Positions 44,746-52,593 of a DNA stretch of 54,230 nucleotides are shown here, in pieces. Made by a program: the position numbers and the translations under genes. Numbering within the stretch: position 1 is the first letter of the stretch; each line of letters begins with the position of its first letter. The stretch is from positions 1 through 54,230 of IMG/VR virus record IMGVR_UViG_3300032223_000334; one strand, 5' to 3'. Below the pieces are notes generated by a model that was not told the DNA's origin, made no database searches, and saw only the letters and a program-made list of their open reading frames with translations. This DNA is from a virus.

Positions 44746-44824
44746 TCCTGATGAGTGGGTGATGTGGGCATGCATGGCATTAACATTTGTTGTGGTCATT
44801 ATGATGGTTGAGGGAGTAATTTAA
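44738..44824 (+). CDS. Tiny membrane peptide (28 aa)
   Basis: MIDPDEWVMWACMALTFVVVIMMVEGVI. Its stop overlaps the next ATG (TAATG). Confidence 0.3.
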   Translation: MIDPDEWVMWACMALTFVVVIMMVEGVI

Positions 44825-45030
44825 TGTTATCTAAACATCATCAGTTCATGTTAGTGGTAGCTGCAGAGTCTAAAGACCCTGAAGTTATTGATAGGGTAAT
44901 CAAAAAGGTAATGATTCTGTCTCCTAAAAGTTTCTTGCAAACTGAGCAAGATTTTAAGGGTCGAGTCTTTCACCACAGACCATTTGGTACTCATTGGTCT
45001 GGGGATTACGTGACGGACAAAATAATTTAA
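44824..45030 (+). CDS. Hypothetical protein
   Basis: 68 aa. Confidence 0.5.
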   Translation: MLSKHHQFMLVVAAESKDPEVIDRVIKKVMILSPKSFLQTEQDFKGRVFHHRPFGTHWSGDYVTDKII

Positions 45031-45049
45031 AAATAATTGAAATAGGGGG

Positions 45050-45124
45050 TTGACTCGCCTAAACCGTTTAACTTAGAATTAAACCACTGACACATTGGTC
45101 AGGTTAGCGAAACAGGAGAAAAAC
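45050..45124 (+). promoter_or_regulatory. Promoter plus conserved leader cassette, copy 2
   Basis: TTGACT (45050-55), 18 nt, TAGAAT (45074-79), embedded in ACCGTTTAACTTAGAATTAAAC. Then hairpin CTGAC/GTCAG (45087-102) and GCGAAACAGGAG (45107-18) 6 nt before ATG 45125. Confidence 0.6.
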
Positions 45125-45433
45125 ATGAAATATGCAAACCACTACGGCTACAGCGACGTTGACCCATATGAGATCGTTCGTGTTATTAGCGACAAGACTA
45201 TTGAGATCCGCGAGATGAAGGCAGAGCGTGACGACTCAGTAAAGCTTGAGTTCCATGTTGGCGGTTTTAGCGCCCACTGCTCTAATCAGCGCGACCAGAA
45301 GTGGACTATTAGCAGCGACGAGACAGCAAAAGTAATTCGTATTCGTTTAGGCAAGCGTGGCTGGAAATGTCCGCACGGTCGTAAGTTTTCCCTGAGCGAC
45401 AAGCCTGTTAAATTTTACGACTACAACTTTTAA
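45125..45433 (+). CDS. Hypothetical protein
   Basis: Track ORF trimmed to ATG 45125. 102 aa. Confidence 0.55.
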   Translation: MKYANHYGYSDVDPYEIVRVISDKTIEIREMKAERDDSVKLEFHVGGFSAHCSNQRDQKWTISSDETAKVIRIRLGKRGWKCPHGRKFSLSDKPVKFYDYNF

Positions 45434-45438
45434 TTTGC

Positions 45439-45454
45439 GGGGGCGAAAGCCCCC
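45439..45454 (+). other. GC hairpin with GAAA tetraloop, directly upstream of leader copy 3
   Basis: GGGGGC-GAAA-GCCCCC with no T-tract. GCGAAACAGGAG (45461-72) follows. Confidence 0.6.
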
Positions 45455-45478
45455 AGATAAGCGAAACAGGAGAGCCAA

Positions 45479-45742
45479 ATGAAACCAGTACAGATCGAAT
45501 ACACATTAGACATCTCGGCTTTAGAAGAGCCAATCGAGGTAATTCTGAGCGTGAACTATTTCCATGAGACCAAAGCTAATCGCAGCAGTTGGGACAGTGA
45601 TTGGGATTACAACGGATATTACGAAGTTGACTACGACATTATTGTTGATGGCAAGGTATCACGCGAGCTGTGGGACAAACTTACTTCTGCAGAAGACGAA
45701 GATATCAAAATTAAAATTTATGAGGAGATGACTGAAAAATGA
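45479..45742 (+). CDS. Hypothetical acidic protein
   Basis: 87 aa. Confidence 0.55.
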   Translation: MKPVQIEYTLDISALEEPIEVILSVNYFHETKANRSSWDSDWDYNGYYEVDYDIIVDGKVSRELWDKLTSAEDEDIKIKIYEEMTEK

Positions 45743-45909
45743 GTCTTTACTTTAAAGCCTATAAGGATGGAGCTACAGCTGCCTTGGTCGCCATGGAAGC
45801 CATACTTCATGACAGGACTAGCCCAGAAATGATGCAGCAAATGATAGACAGGATTAGAAAGATAATTTTAGAAGCAGAAGAAGTAAAAGAAGTTGACCGA
45901 CTGCAATAA
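45739..45909 (+). CDS. Small hypothetical protein (56 aa, below the ORF-track cutoff)
   Basis: ATGA-coupled. Translation MSLYFKAYKDGATAALVAMEAILHDRTSPEMMQQMIDRIRKIILEAEEVKEVDRLQ. Confidence 0.45.
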   Translation: MSLYFKAYKDGATAALVAMEAILHDRTSPEMMQQMIDRIRKIILEAEEVKEVDRLQ

Positions 45910-45954
45910 ACTACTTAATATTGACCAACTGCAACAGCGAAACAGGAGAGAAAC

Positions 45955-46278
45955 ATGTACAAATTTGACGACAGACTAATAGACGTTTCAGAGCATGCGG
46001 GTAGCTTTGTACCCGGACACCGTTACATTGCGTCGAGAGACTTTGACCCAGATGAGCCGTATGGCTACGGAGACACGTTTAAAGACGCGATTAAGGATTT
46101 GCTGCTGATAGAGGTCGAGCGCGAAGAAGACCGCCGTAATGAGGCTCTATTCGCTTCCCAAGAGGCTTTTGAGCAAGCCATAGATGCTGAGGCTGACGCT
46201 ATGCTCAAACGTATTGATGACATTCTTTCTGCTGAGCTTGATTACACATATCGCAACGAACCTACGGAGGCTGTATGA
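45955..46278 (+). CDS. Hypothetical acidic protein
   Basis: 107 aa, preceded by leader copy 4 (GCGAAACAGGAG at 45937-48). Confidence 0.55.
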   Translation: MYKFDDRLIDVSEHAGSFVPGHRYIASRDFDPDEPYGYGDTFKDAIKDLLLIEVEREEDRRNEALFASQEAFEQAIDAEADAMLKRIDDILSAELDYTYRNEPTEAV

Positions 46279-46535
46279 GCTTTTTTGACACACTTTTAGA
46301 GTCCACTGAGCCAGCACTGGGCAAAGCCTTTTTTAGCGATCAGGTGGCGTACTGTGATTACATTGCTCACACGATGCGTGAGGCTTTAATCGCTGAGAGA
46401 AGCCCACTAATCAGTTTGGTTGGCAAAGTTCAAATGGATTTAAACGAACATGGCCACTTCATGAGCACCACGAAAACTATTGAAGTTACTGACAAGAACG
46501 CCAATAAGTACAAGATTACAGTGGAGCAATTATGA
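46275..46535 (+). CDS. Hypothetical protein
   Basis: 86 aa, ATGA-coupled. Confidence 0.5.
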   Translation: MSFFDTLLESTEPALGKAFFSDQVAYCDYIAHTMREALIAERSPLISLVGKVQMDLNEHGHFMSTTKTIEVTDKNANKYKITVEQL

Positions 46536-46801
46536 GAGCCTTATTACTTTTACCGTTACTTTTAGCGGCTTGTACTACCCATGAGCCGATTAGAAGTACG
46601 CAGATGCCTGTTGTGCCTGTGGTAGTTGATCCGCAGGCTCAGCAGATGAGTAGGAATGAGGTAATCCATGCGGTGGGTGACTGCGAGTCCAACGGATTAC
46701 GAGCAGTCCCTATCATCAGTAAGCGGTTAGTTTCAGGCATGATGAGTGACATTATCATTGATGTTCAGTGTATGCCACGATTGAGGTGGTTCAATAATTA
46801 A
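46532..46801 (+). CDS. Lipoprotein
   Basis: MRALLLLPLLLAAC forms a signal peptide plus lipobox (L-A-A-C). 89 aa. Confidence 0.6.
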   Translation: MRALLLLPLLLAACTTHEPIRSTQMPVVPVVVDPQAQQMSRNEVIHAVGDCESNGLRAVPIISKRLVSGMMSDIIIDVQCMPRLRWFNN

Positions 46802-46869
46802 TGTAAAATCAATGTGTTGGGAAAGCTAGATATGGTGGAACGCGGAGATACGTTTTGCCAAGGGTGGTG

Positions 46870-47510
46870 AGTACCAACACCAAGACGCATGAGGATTGGG
46901 AATAAGGCAGAGACTGGCGTATATCGCTTAGTTGTCTAGGCCCCTCACCAGAGGGAGGTTTGCCGAGTATTCTGGTCATGCAGTCCTCAGCCGTGTTGGT
47001 AACAACAATGATCGTTTCCTCCCGCGATTGCATGAAAAGGTAGGTGTAGGCCAGCATTGTCGACTGATGAAGCGAAAGCAGAAACCGAAAGGTCTCGACA
47101 CTGCCCCGAGCTGGCTACGATGGGCAGACAGGCAATCTGACGTCTCGGAAAGACGAGAACTTACACGCATGAGGATTGGCACATAGATTTTCGGTCAGTG
47201 AGAATGAAGTCGCGCTCTGCATTGCAAGGCAACGTGTACGGCTCTTAATCCCGAATGAGTGCAGCAGGTAGCGCCTGCAAACAGTCCTCAGCCGTGTTGG
47301 TGTAAGAAGGTGCGGTGATCGGGCGTAGGCTTGTCCTCGTTCCCCATTTGCGGCTTATACCAACAACCTAGTCGGCATGGGCCAATGTAGCATCGACACA
47401 TGCGCTGGATAATCGTAACCAGCTGGGAAAGCGGATACTGATGTGAAGCATCGCGGCATGCACGAAGGTAGCGACATCAGGCGCAGCGAGTACCAACCTA
47501 GACAACGCAT
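46870..47510 (+). ncRNA. Candidate large structured non-coding RNA (class undetermined). The boundaries are approximate, within the 46802-47557 ORF-free interval.
   Basis: A 756-nt gap with only short ORFs that lack an RBS in a genome that is otherwise densely coding. It is visibly more GC-rich than its flanks. It has exact internal repeats (20-mer cagtcctcagccgtgttggt twice, 15-mer acgcatgaggattgg twice, 10-mer gagtaccaac twice) that are complementary to each other. The helices contain G-U pairs that are valid only on the + strand. Confidence 0.45.
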
Positions 47511-47557
47511 AAACATCAAGTTAAACTTCAGACAATCAAAATATTTAGGAAATAAAT

Positions 47558-48082
47558 ATGTCTGAACCATCTAACAAAGTTGCAGAGACGCAACCTAAAG
47601 TCCCCAAGAAGACTGGGAGACCTTCCAAATACACTCCAGAACTAGCCGCAGAGATATGTGAACGCCTATCAGATGGAGAACCATTACGTCAGATATGTAG
47701 AGATGATCACATGCCTGCGTGGACAGCGATATATGCTTGGGCAGCTCAAGACAAGGCTCTTTCCGAACGCATCGCGCAGGCGCGTGAGCAAGGCTACGAC
47801 GCTATAGCTGAGGATTTACTGGCTATTGCTGACACACCACTGATGGGTGAGGAGGAGACAAGCAGCTCAAATGGTCTAACGATTACTCGTAAAGATATGC
47901 TTGGCCACCGTAAGCTGCAGATTGAGACAAGGCTGAAGCTACTAGCTAAGTGGAACCCCAAGAAGTATGGCGACCGTCAGATATTGGCGGGGGATGCTGA
48001 GAATCCTTTAGTGGTTCAAGACGCTAACAACGACTTGTTCGTTAAGATGATGGCTGACTTAGAAGCTGCTCGTCAGAAATGA
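47558..48082 (+). CDS. terS: Terminase small subunit
   Basis: KKTGRPSKYTPELAAEICERLSDGEPLRQICRDDHMPAWTAIYAW (HTH) and the C-terminal KLLAKWNPKKYGDR are typical terS signatures. ATGA-coupled to terL. Confidence 0.8.
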   Translation: MSEPSNKVAETQPKVPKKTGRPSKYTPELAAEICERLSDGEPLRQICRDDHMPAWTAIYAWAAQDKALSERIAQAREQGYDAIAEDLLAIADTPLMGEEETSSSNGLTITRKDMLGHRKLQIETRLKLLAKWNPKKYGDRQILAGDAENPLVVQDANNDLFVKMMADLEAARQK

Positions 48083-49497
48083 CCCTTGACCAAGCCCTAA
48101 GAGACCCAAACCTACAGAAGAAGTTCTTTGACATGCCGCCTGCCTACAGGGCGGCCATCACAGCTAGAGTCAAGTGGTTAAAGGAAGCGCATAAGCACCA
48201 GATACCACCTGCGGGTGATTGGTACACGGTTCACCTACTTTTGGCTGGTCGTGGCGCAGGCAAGACTAGAGCTGCGGCTGAATGGACATGGTGGCAAGCT
48301 TGGAGCCAACCAAAGACTCGGTGGTTAGTATCTGCTCCGACATCAGGGGATGTCCGTGACGTTTGCTTTGAGGGTGAATCAGGAATCCTGAGTGTCATGC
48401 CTCCTGAGCTAATTGACAACTATACCAAGACCCTTCATGAACTAAAGCTAATCAATGGAAGCCTGATCAAAGGCATTCCTGCTAGTGAGCCTGAGCGCTT
48501 TCGTGGCCCTCAGTTTCATGGTGGATGGCTCGACGAGTTGGCAGCTTGGGAGTATTTGGACGAAGGCTTTAACATGCTGATGTTTGGCATGCGATTGGGT
48601 CAAAAGCCGCGGATATTCTGCACGACGACTCCAAAGCCTAAGCCACTGATCTTTGACTTAGTGGACAGAGACGGCGAGGACGTATGCTTCGTTACTGCCA
48701 CAACGTATGACAACATTGACAACTTAGCGCCTACGTTTAAGCAGCAGATTTTGCAGTATGACGGTACATCTCTTGGTCGTCAGGAGGTCTATGCTGAGCT
48801 GATTGACCCTGAAGAGTCAGGTATCGTTAAGCGTAATTGGTTCAAGTTATGGCCTGCTGAGAAGCCTTTACCGAGGTTTGAGTATGTAGTTCAGAGCTAC
48901 GACTGCGCAACGTCTGACAAGACGAGGAACGATCCTACAGCGTGTGTGACGCTAGGGATATTCAGACCATCTGAAGACAAGGCGATGAGCGCCATGGTGA
49001 TTGACTGTTGGACTGAACACTTGCAGTACCCTGACCTACGTCCCAGAGTTATTGAAGAAGCAACGTCTATCTATGGTGATGAGAACGAGTTCGGTCACGG
49101 CAAGAAGGTAGACATGATTCTTATTGAAGACAAGTCTGCAGGCATATCCTTACTTCAAGACTTGAGGCGAGCTGGTCTACAGGTGAGGGACTACAACCCC
49201 GGCATGGCTGACAAAACCCAGCGGTTAAACATTGTGGCTCCTATTATCCAGAAGGGCTTAGTGTATGTGCCTGAGTCCTCAAACAATCCGGGCAGTGCTA
49301 GAGATTGGGTTGAGCCATTGATCAATCAGCTGTGTAGCTTTCCTGAAGTGCGGCATGATGACTTAGTAGATGCCATAACGCAGGCGTTGCGCTTACTGAG
49401 AGATCAAGGTTTACTTGTGACTGATTATCTATATAATAATGACGATGATTACGTTGACGAGACTCGTCCACGGCGTGTCAACCCTTACGCGGTGTAA
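48079..49497 (+). CDS. terL: Terminase large subunit
   Basis: Walker A LAGRGAGKT, Walker B GGWLDELAAWE, and C-terminal RNaseH-like nuclease acidic residues (SYDCATSD, LIEDKSAG, HDDLVDA). Confidence 0.9.
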   Translation: MTLDQALRDPNLQKKFFDMPPAYRAAITARVKWLKEAHKHQIPPAGDWYTVHLLLAGRGAGKTRAAAEWTWWQAWSQPKTRWLVSAPTSGDVRDVCFEGESGILSVMPPELIDNYTKTLHELKLINGSLIKGIPASEPERFRGPQFHGGWLDELAAWEYLDEGFNMLMFGMRLGQKPRIFCTTTPKPKPLIFDLVDRDGEDVCFVTATTYDNIDNLAPTFKQQILQYDGTSLGRQEVYAELIDPEESGIVKRNWFKLWPAEKPLPRFEYVVQSYDCATSDKTRNDPTACVTLGIFRPSEDKAMSAMVIDCWTEHLQYPDLRPRVIEEATSIYGDENEFGHGKKVDMILIEDKSAGISLLQDLRRAGLQVRDYNPGMADKTQRLNIVAPIIQKGLVYVPESSNNPGSARDWVEPLINQLCSFPEVRHDDLVDAITQALRLLRDQGLLVTDYLYNNDDDYVDETRPRRVNPYAV

Positions 49498-49499
49498 AT

Positions 49500-52301
49500 A
49501 TGCCAGCATATACCAAGCTACTTGAAGAGGCGTTGGCCCGACTCCCTAAAGGATCAGCTGAAGCACAAGCCGCAGTTGCCAATCAACTAACTGCAGATGC
49601 AATGAAGGCTGAGTTATTAAAGAAGAGTCTTCAATACAATCAGCCAACAAATGCAGGTAATGCAACGTTAGAACGTATCAAATCTATTGTGCCGCCACAA
49701 AAGATGGCTGATGGTGGTGTACCTTCCCAAGAATTCCCTATTCGTCCAGACCTCGATGAGATGCGCTTAGCCATAGCTAGGAACCGCGCAGGTCAGCCAG
49801 TACAGAATGCAAGCGACATGATCCCCGGAGCTATTCGTGGCTTAGGCAATACGATTGTAGGTGCTGGTCGTGGAGCTATTACATCAGGTGCTGGATGGAT
49901 GACAGACTTGATTAACAGCGTAGACATTCCCCAGATAATGACTGGTCAGTCATATCAAATACCTTATGGCACAGAATATTTAAAAGAAAACTTACCATTA
50001 GCGCCTACGTCACAAGAAGGTAAAGTAGCGCAACAACTTGGTGAGTTTGCTCCATTGCCTATTGCCGAAGGCGTACAAGCCGTTAAGGCCGGGGTTAAGA
50101 AGATGTCTCCAGAAATTGCAGCTGCTTTGCACCGTGCTTACATGACTGGCGAAGGGCCGTTAGGTAAGTTGGTAACCGCTGGTGGCACTGAACCTATGTT
50201 TGCTATTCCGCCTAAAAGTAAATCGATTGCAAAGGCTGAAGCCAAATCTGAGGCGGCTGCTGAGTCGGCGTTAACTGCGGAAGAACAAAACTTAGTTGAT
50301 TTGTTCAATAAAAAAGCAGAACGTGAAGCTAAGCTGGCTAAAAAAGTTGAGAAGCAGGCGGCAGCGGAGCCAAAAGAAAAAGGTGAATCCAAGGGCCGGA
50401 AGGGCGCTATCTCTCCTGATTACTTCCGTGCCATGTTGGCGGCTGAAGGCGAAGATGCAGTACTCAAAGCGGCCCAAGCTGGTGAGCATATCAAGCGTGA
50501 TGCATATGGTAATTATGTTGGCTTCCCTCGCCATGTAACAAGCCCACAAGCTTTAGGAGCTATGCGCAAATCATTAGATGAGCAGTTTGCTGATTCTGTG
50601 AACGCAATTGCTATGGCCGATCCAGAACGATTAGGAACATGGTATGACCGCGCAAAAGAAGGCATAGCAATGAGCGCCGAGCCCCACCAGCTGAATCGGA
50701 TTTTAGAGCACCACGGTGTATATAGCGCAGGCGTATCTCCTGAAAGTGAACTTGGTTTTGCATTGAAGCATTTAAATTCACGCGCCGTTGGAGTGCCTGA
50801 AATGGCGTACCGTGGAGCTCCTATGCGTACACTAGATAAAGCAATAGCTGAGGACAGAGCTGCTAAGCTTGGGTTCAAAATAGGCGAGTACAAAGAAAAG
50901 AATGATCCTCGGCTCCCCAACGCTGGCCCGTTTGGTGTAAACGATTTTAGAGCTGCTCAAGGTTTTGGATACACAGACCCGGCAGGTGATATATGGAAAG
51001 GTGGAGTGAGCGGTACTATGCACCCTGTAATGGATGCAGAGACGGCATTGCTAGTAGATAGAGCTAACCAAGCTAATGTTGGTGGCCGTTCTACTTGGGC
51101 TGGCCCCCACATTCAAGAGATGCCTTGGGTACTTGGTAAAGCTCAAGACTTGTATTCGCGTGGTAAAGAGGCTAGGTTTGCTGGCTCTCCGTTAGAAGGT
51201 GTTAAAGCCGCAATACGTGAGGCCAACAATACCGCACAAGATTACATGTACAAACATGCAGCGTCGTCAACGCATGAGGCGATACCCGGAGCTTCGACTG
51301 GCCATGTACCGTCAATGCTTGCCGCAACTCCTGAAGAGAAGGCTGCTTATACTGCCACAGGGCGTTGGGATCAACCGACTCCATATACATCAGCAGAGGC
51401 CCCCACAGTTGGCGCTGGAAATCGTGATGTTCTGTATTCCGCTTTAGGTATGCGGCAGTTGCCTGCAGTGGAGTCAACAGGTGCTTACTTAAACAGCGCA
51501 GGTCAAATGGAACATAATCCTATGACCATATCTCGGCCTTTGTTCGATTTTCCAACTGGCGGCGGTGGTGGTAAAGCTTCTCCGCAAACAGTTAAAACAG
51601 CTAGCGCTTTGGAAAAGCTTCGTGCTGTAATTGATGCCCAAGAGGCTGGCGCATTGAATTTGCCAAACACTAAGGGTTCAGTTTCTGGTAAGAACGCTTT
51701 GGTGCTTGACACTAGGGGTTCGCATCCTACTGATCCAACTCTTGGGGTTATGCCAACTAAAGAACAACTAGCAGCTATAACCAGAGAGCTAGAGGGCACT
51801 GGATATGGAGCAACTGCAACGAGTAGGGGGATAACAATATTCCCATATGACAGTGATGCTATGGGCGGCAAAGACCTTGCGAAGTTAATGAAGTCAAAGG
51901 GTAAAGAGCTGCAAAAAATTTATCCTTCTAAGCCAATGAAGTCTGTTAACACTTCTATTTATACGCCCGGTATAGGCAAGTTTGGCGAGAAGGAAATTGA
52001 ACCTACGGCCCCATACAGTGGTGAGGCAACGTCGGCGGTGTTACAGGAATTTGCTGGATTGCCGCACTCTGTTGCTCAAAACATAAGCGAGTCAGAGGGC
52101 GTACGTAATGTTATCCGAGCAAAGATGGAACGCGATGCGGCTATGCAAGGTGCGCGTGAAGATATACAAAACACACGAAAATTTTTTGCGAAAGAAGATT
52201 GGCCTAAAGTAGTAGAGCTAGTACGCAAGGGCGCAACACCAGCTGCAGCTTTAGCTACCCTAGGTTATTCGCTTAATTCTTTGGCAGAAGAACGCCGATA
52301 A
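49500..52301 (+). CDS. Large protein of unknown function between terL and portal (933 aa; carries a MADGG motif)
   Basis: Long uninterrupted ORF. Has QKMADGGVPSQEFP near the N-terminus, a Lys/Glu/Ala-rich linker, and a PTGGGGGKASP loop. Confidence 0.6.
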   Translation: MPAYTKLLEEALARLPKGSAEAQAAVANQLTADAMKAELLKKSLQYNQPTNAGNATLERIKSIVPPQKMADGGVPSQEFPIRPDLDEMRLAIARNRAGQPVQNASDMIPGAIRGLGNTIVGAGRGAITSGAGWMTDLINSVDIPQIMTGQSYQIPYGTEYLKENLPLAPTSQEGKVAQQLGEFAPLPIAEGVQAVKAGVKKMSPEIAAALHRAYMTGEGPLGKLVTAGGTEPMFAIPPKSKSIAKAEAKSEAAAESALTAEEQNLVDLFNKKAEREAKLAKKVEKQAAAEPKEKGESKGRKGAISPDYFRAMLAAEGEDAVLKAAQAGEHIKRDAYGNYVGFPRHVTSPQALGAMRKSLDEQFADSVNAIAMADPERLGTWYDRAKEGIAMSAEPHQLNRILEHHGVYSAGVSPESELGFALKHLNSRAVGVPEMAYRGAPMRTLDKAIAEDRAAKLGFKIGEYKEKNDPRLPNAGPFGVNDFRAAQGFGYTDPAGDIWKGGVSGTMHPVMDAETALLVDRANQANVGGRSTWAGPHIQEMPWVLGKAQDLYSRGKEARFAGSPLEGVKAAIREANNTAQDYMYKHAASSTHEAIPGASTGHVPSMLAATPEEKAAYTATGRWDQPTPYTSAEAPTVGAGNRDVLYSALGMRQLPAVESTGAYLNSAGQMEHNPMTISRPLFDFPTGGGGGKASPQTVKTASALEKLRAVIDAQEAGALNLPNTKGSVSGKNALVLDTRGSHPTDPTLGVMPTKEQLAAITRELEGTGYGATATSRGITIFPYDSDAMGGKDLAKLMKSKGKELQKIYPSKPMKSVNTSIYTPGIGKFGEKEIEPTAPYSGEATSAVLQEFAGLPHSVAQNISESEGVRNVIRAKMERDAAMQGAREDIQNTRKFFAKEDWPKVVELVRKGATPAAALATLGYSLNSLAEERR

Positions 52302-52498
52302 TCACGGAGATGCCATGACTTTGCGCCTTTTTCCATTTCACGAAACATTGCATCAATTTCTAGTTGTTTCTTTTTTGAAATTGGTTTTTGTTCAAGCAAA
52401 AAAACTCGATGCAAAAGTTCTTGAATTAGTTCAGCGCACTCTTCATGGTAGCCGCCCTGTTGTTGCAAAAACTCTATTGCTTCATCGTATTTATCCAT
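52265..52498 (-). CDS. Small helical protein encoded antisense to the late operon
   Basis: 77 aa from ATG 52498, with GGAGA 5 nt upstream on the - strand (the track start GTG 52510 is less likely). Its 3' end overlaps the 933-aa gene by 37 nt. Confidence 0.45.
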   Translation of the reverse strand: MDKYDEAIEFLQQQGGYHEECAELIQELLHRVFLLEQKPISKKKQLEIDAMFREMEKGAKSWHLRDYRRSSAKELSE

Positions 52499-52593
52499 GT
52501 TATCTCCCACTGATGGACTTTTAATTTAACAATAAATTAAACGGAAGTCAATAAAAGGATTGATTAAATGAAGTATAAACTGTTAAGAGGTAA

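Noticed and set aside
45439-45454. GGGGGC-GAAA-GCCCCC hairpin as a rho-independent terminator
   Set aside because: No U-tract follows on either strand, and the next gene's conserved leader begins 6 nt downstream. It is more likely an mRNA processing or stability element, so it is listed as 'other'.
46809-47570. Four ORFs of 68-84 aa in the terS-upstream gap (46809..47057 -, 46932..47186 +, 46976..47182 -, 47355..47570 -)
   Set aside because: None has a Shine-Dalgarno sequence. They overlap each other on both strands. Their translations are Arg/Ser/Cys/Leu-rich with no secondary-structure logic, and the last one runs antisense into the terS start. The interval is better explained as non-coding (structured RNA and/or packaging site).
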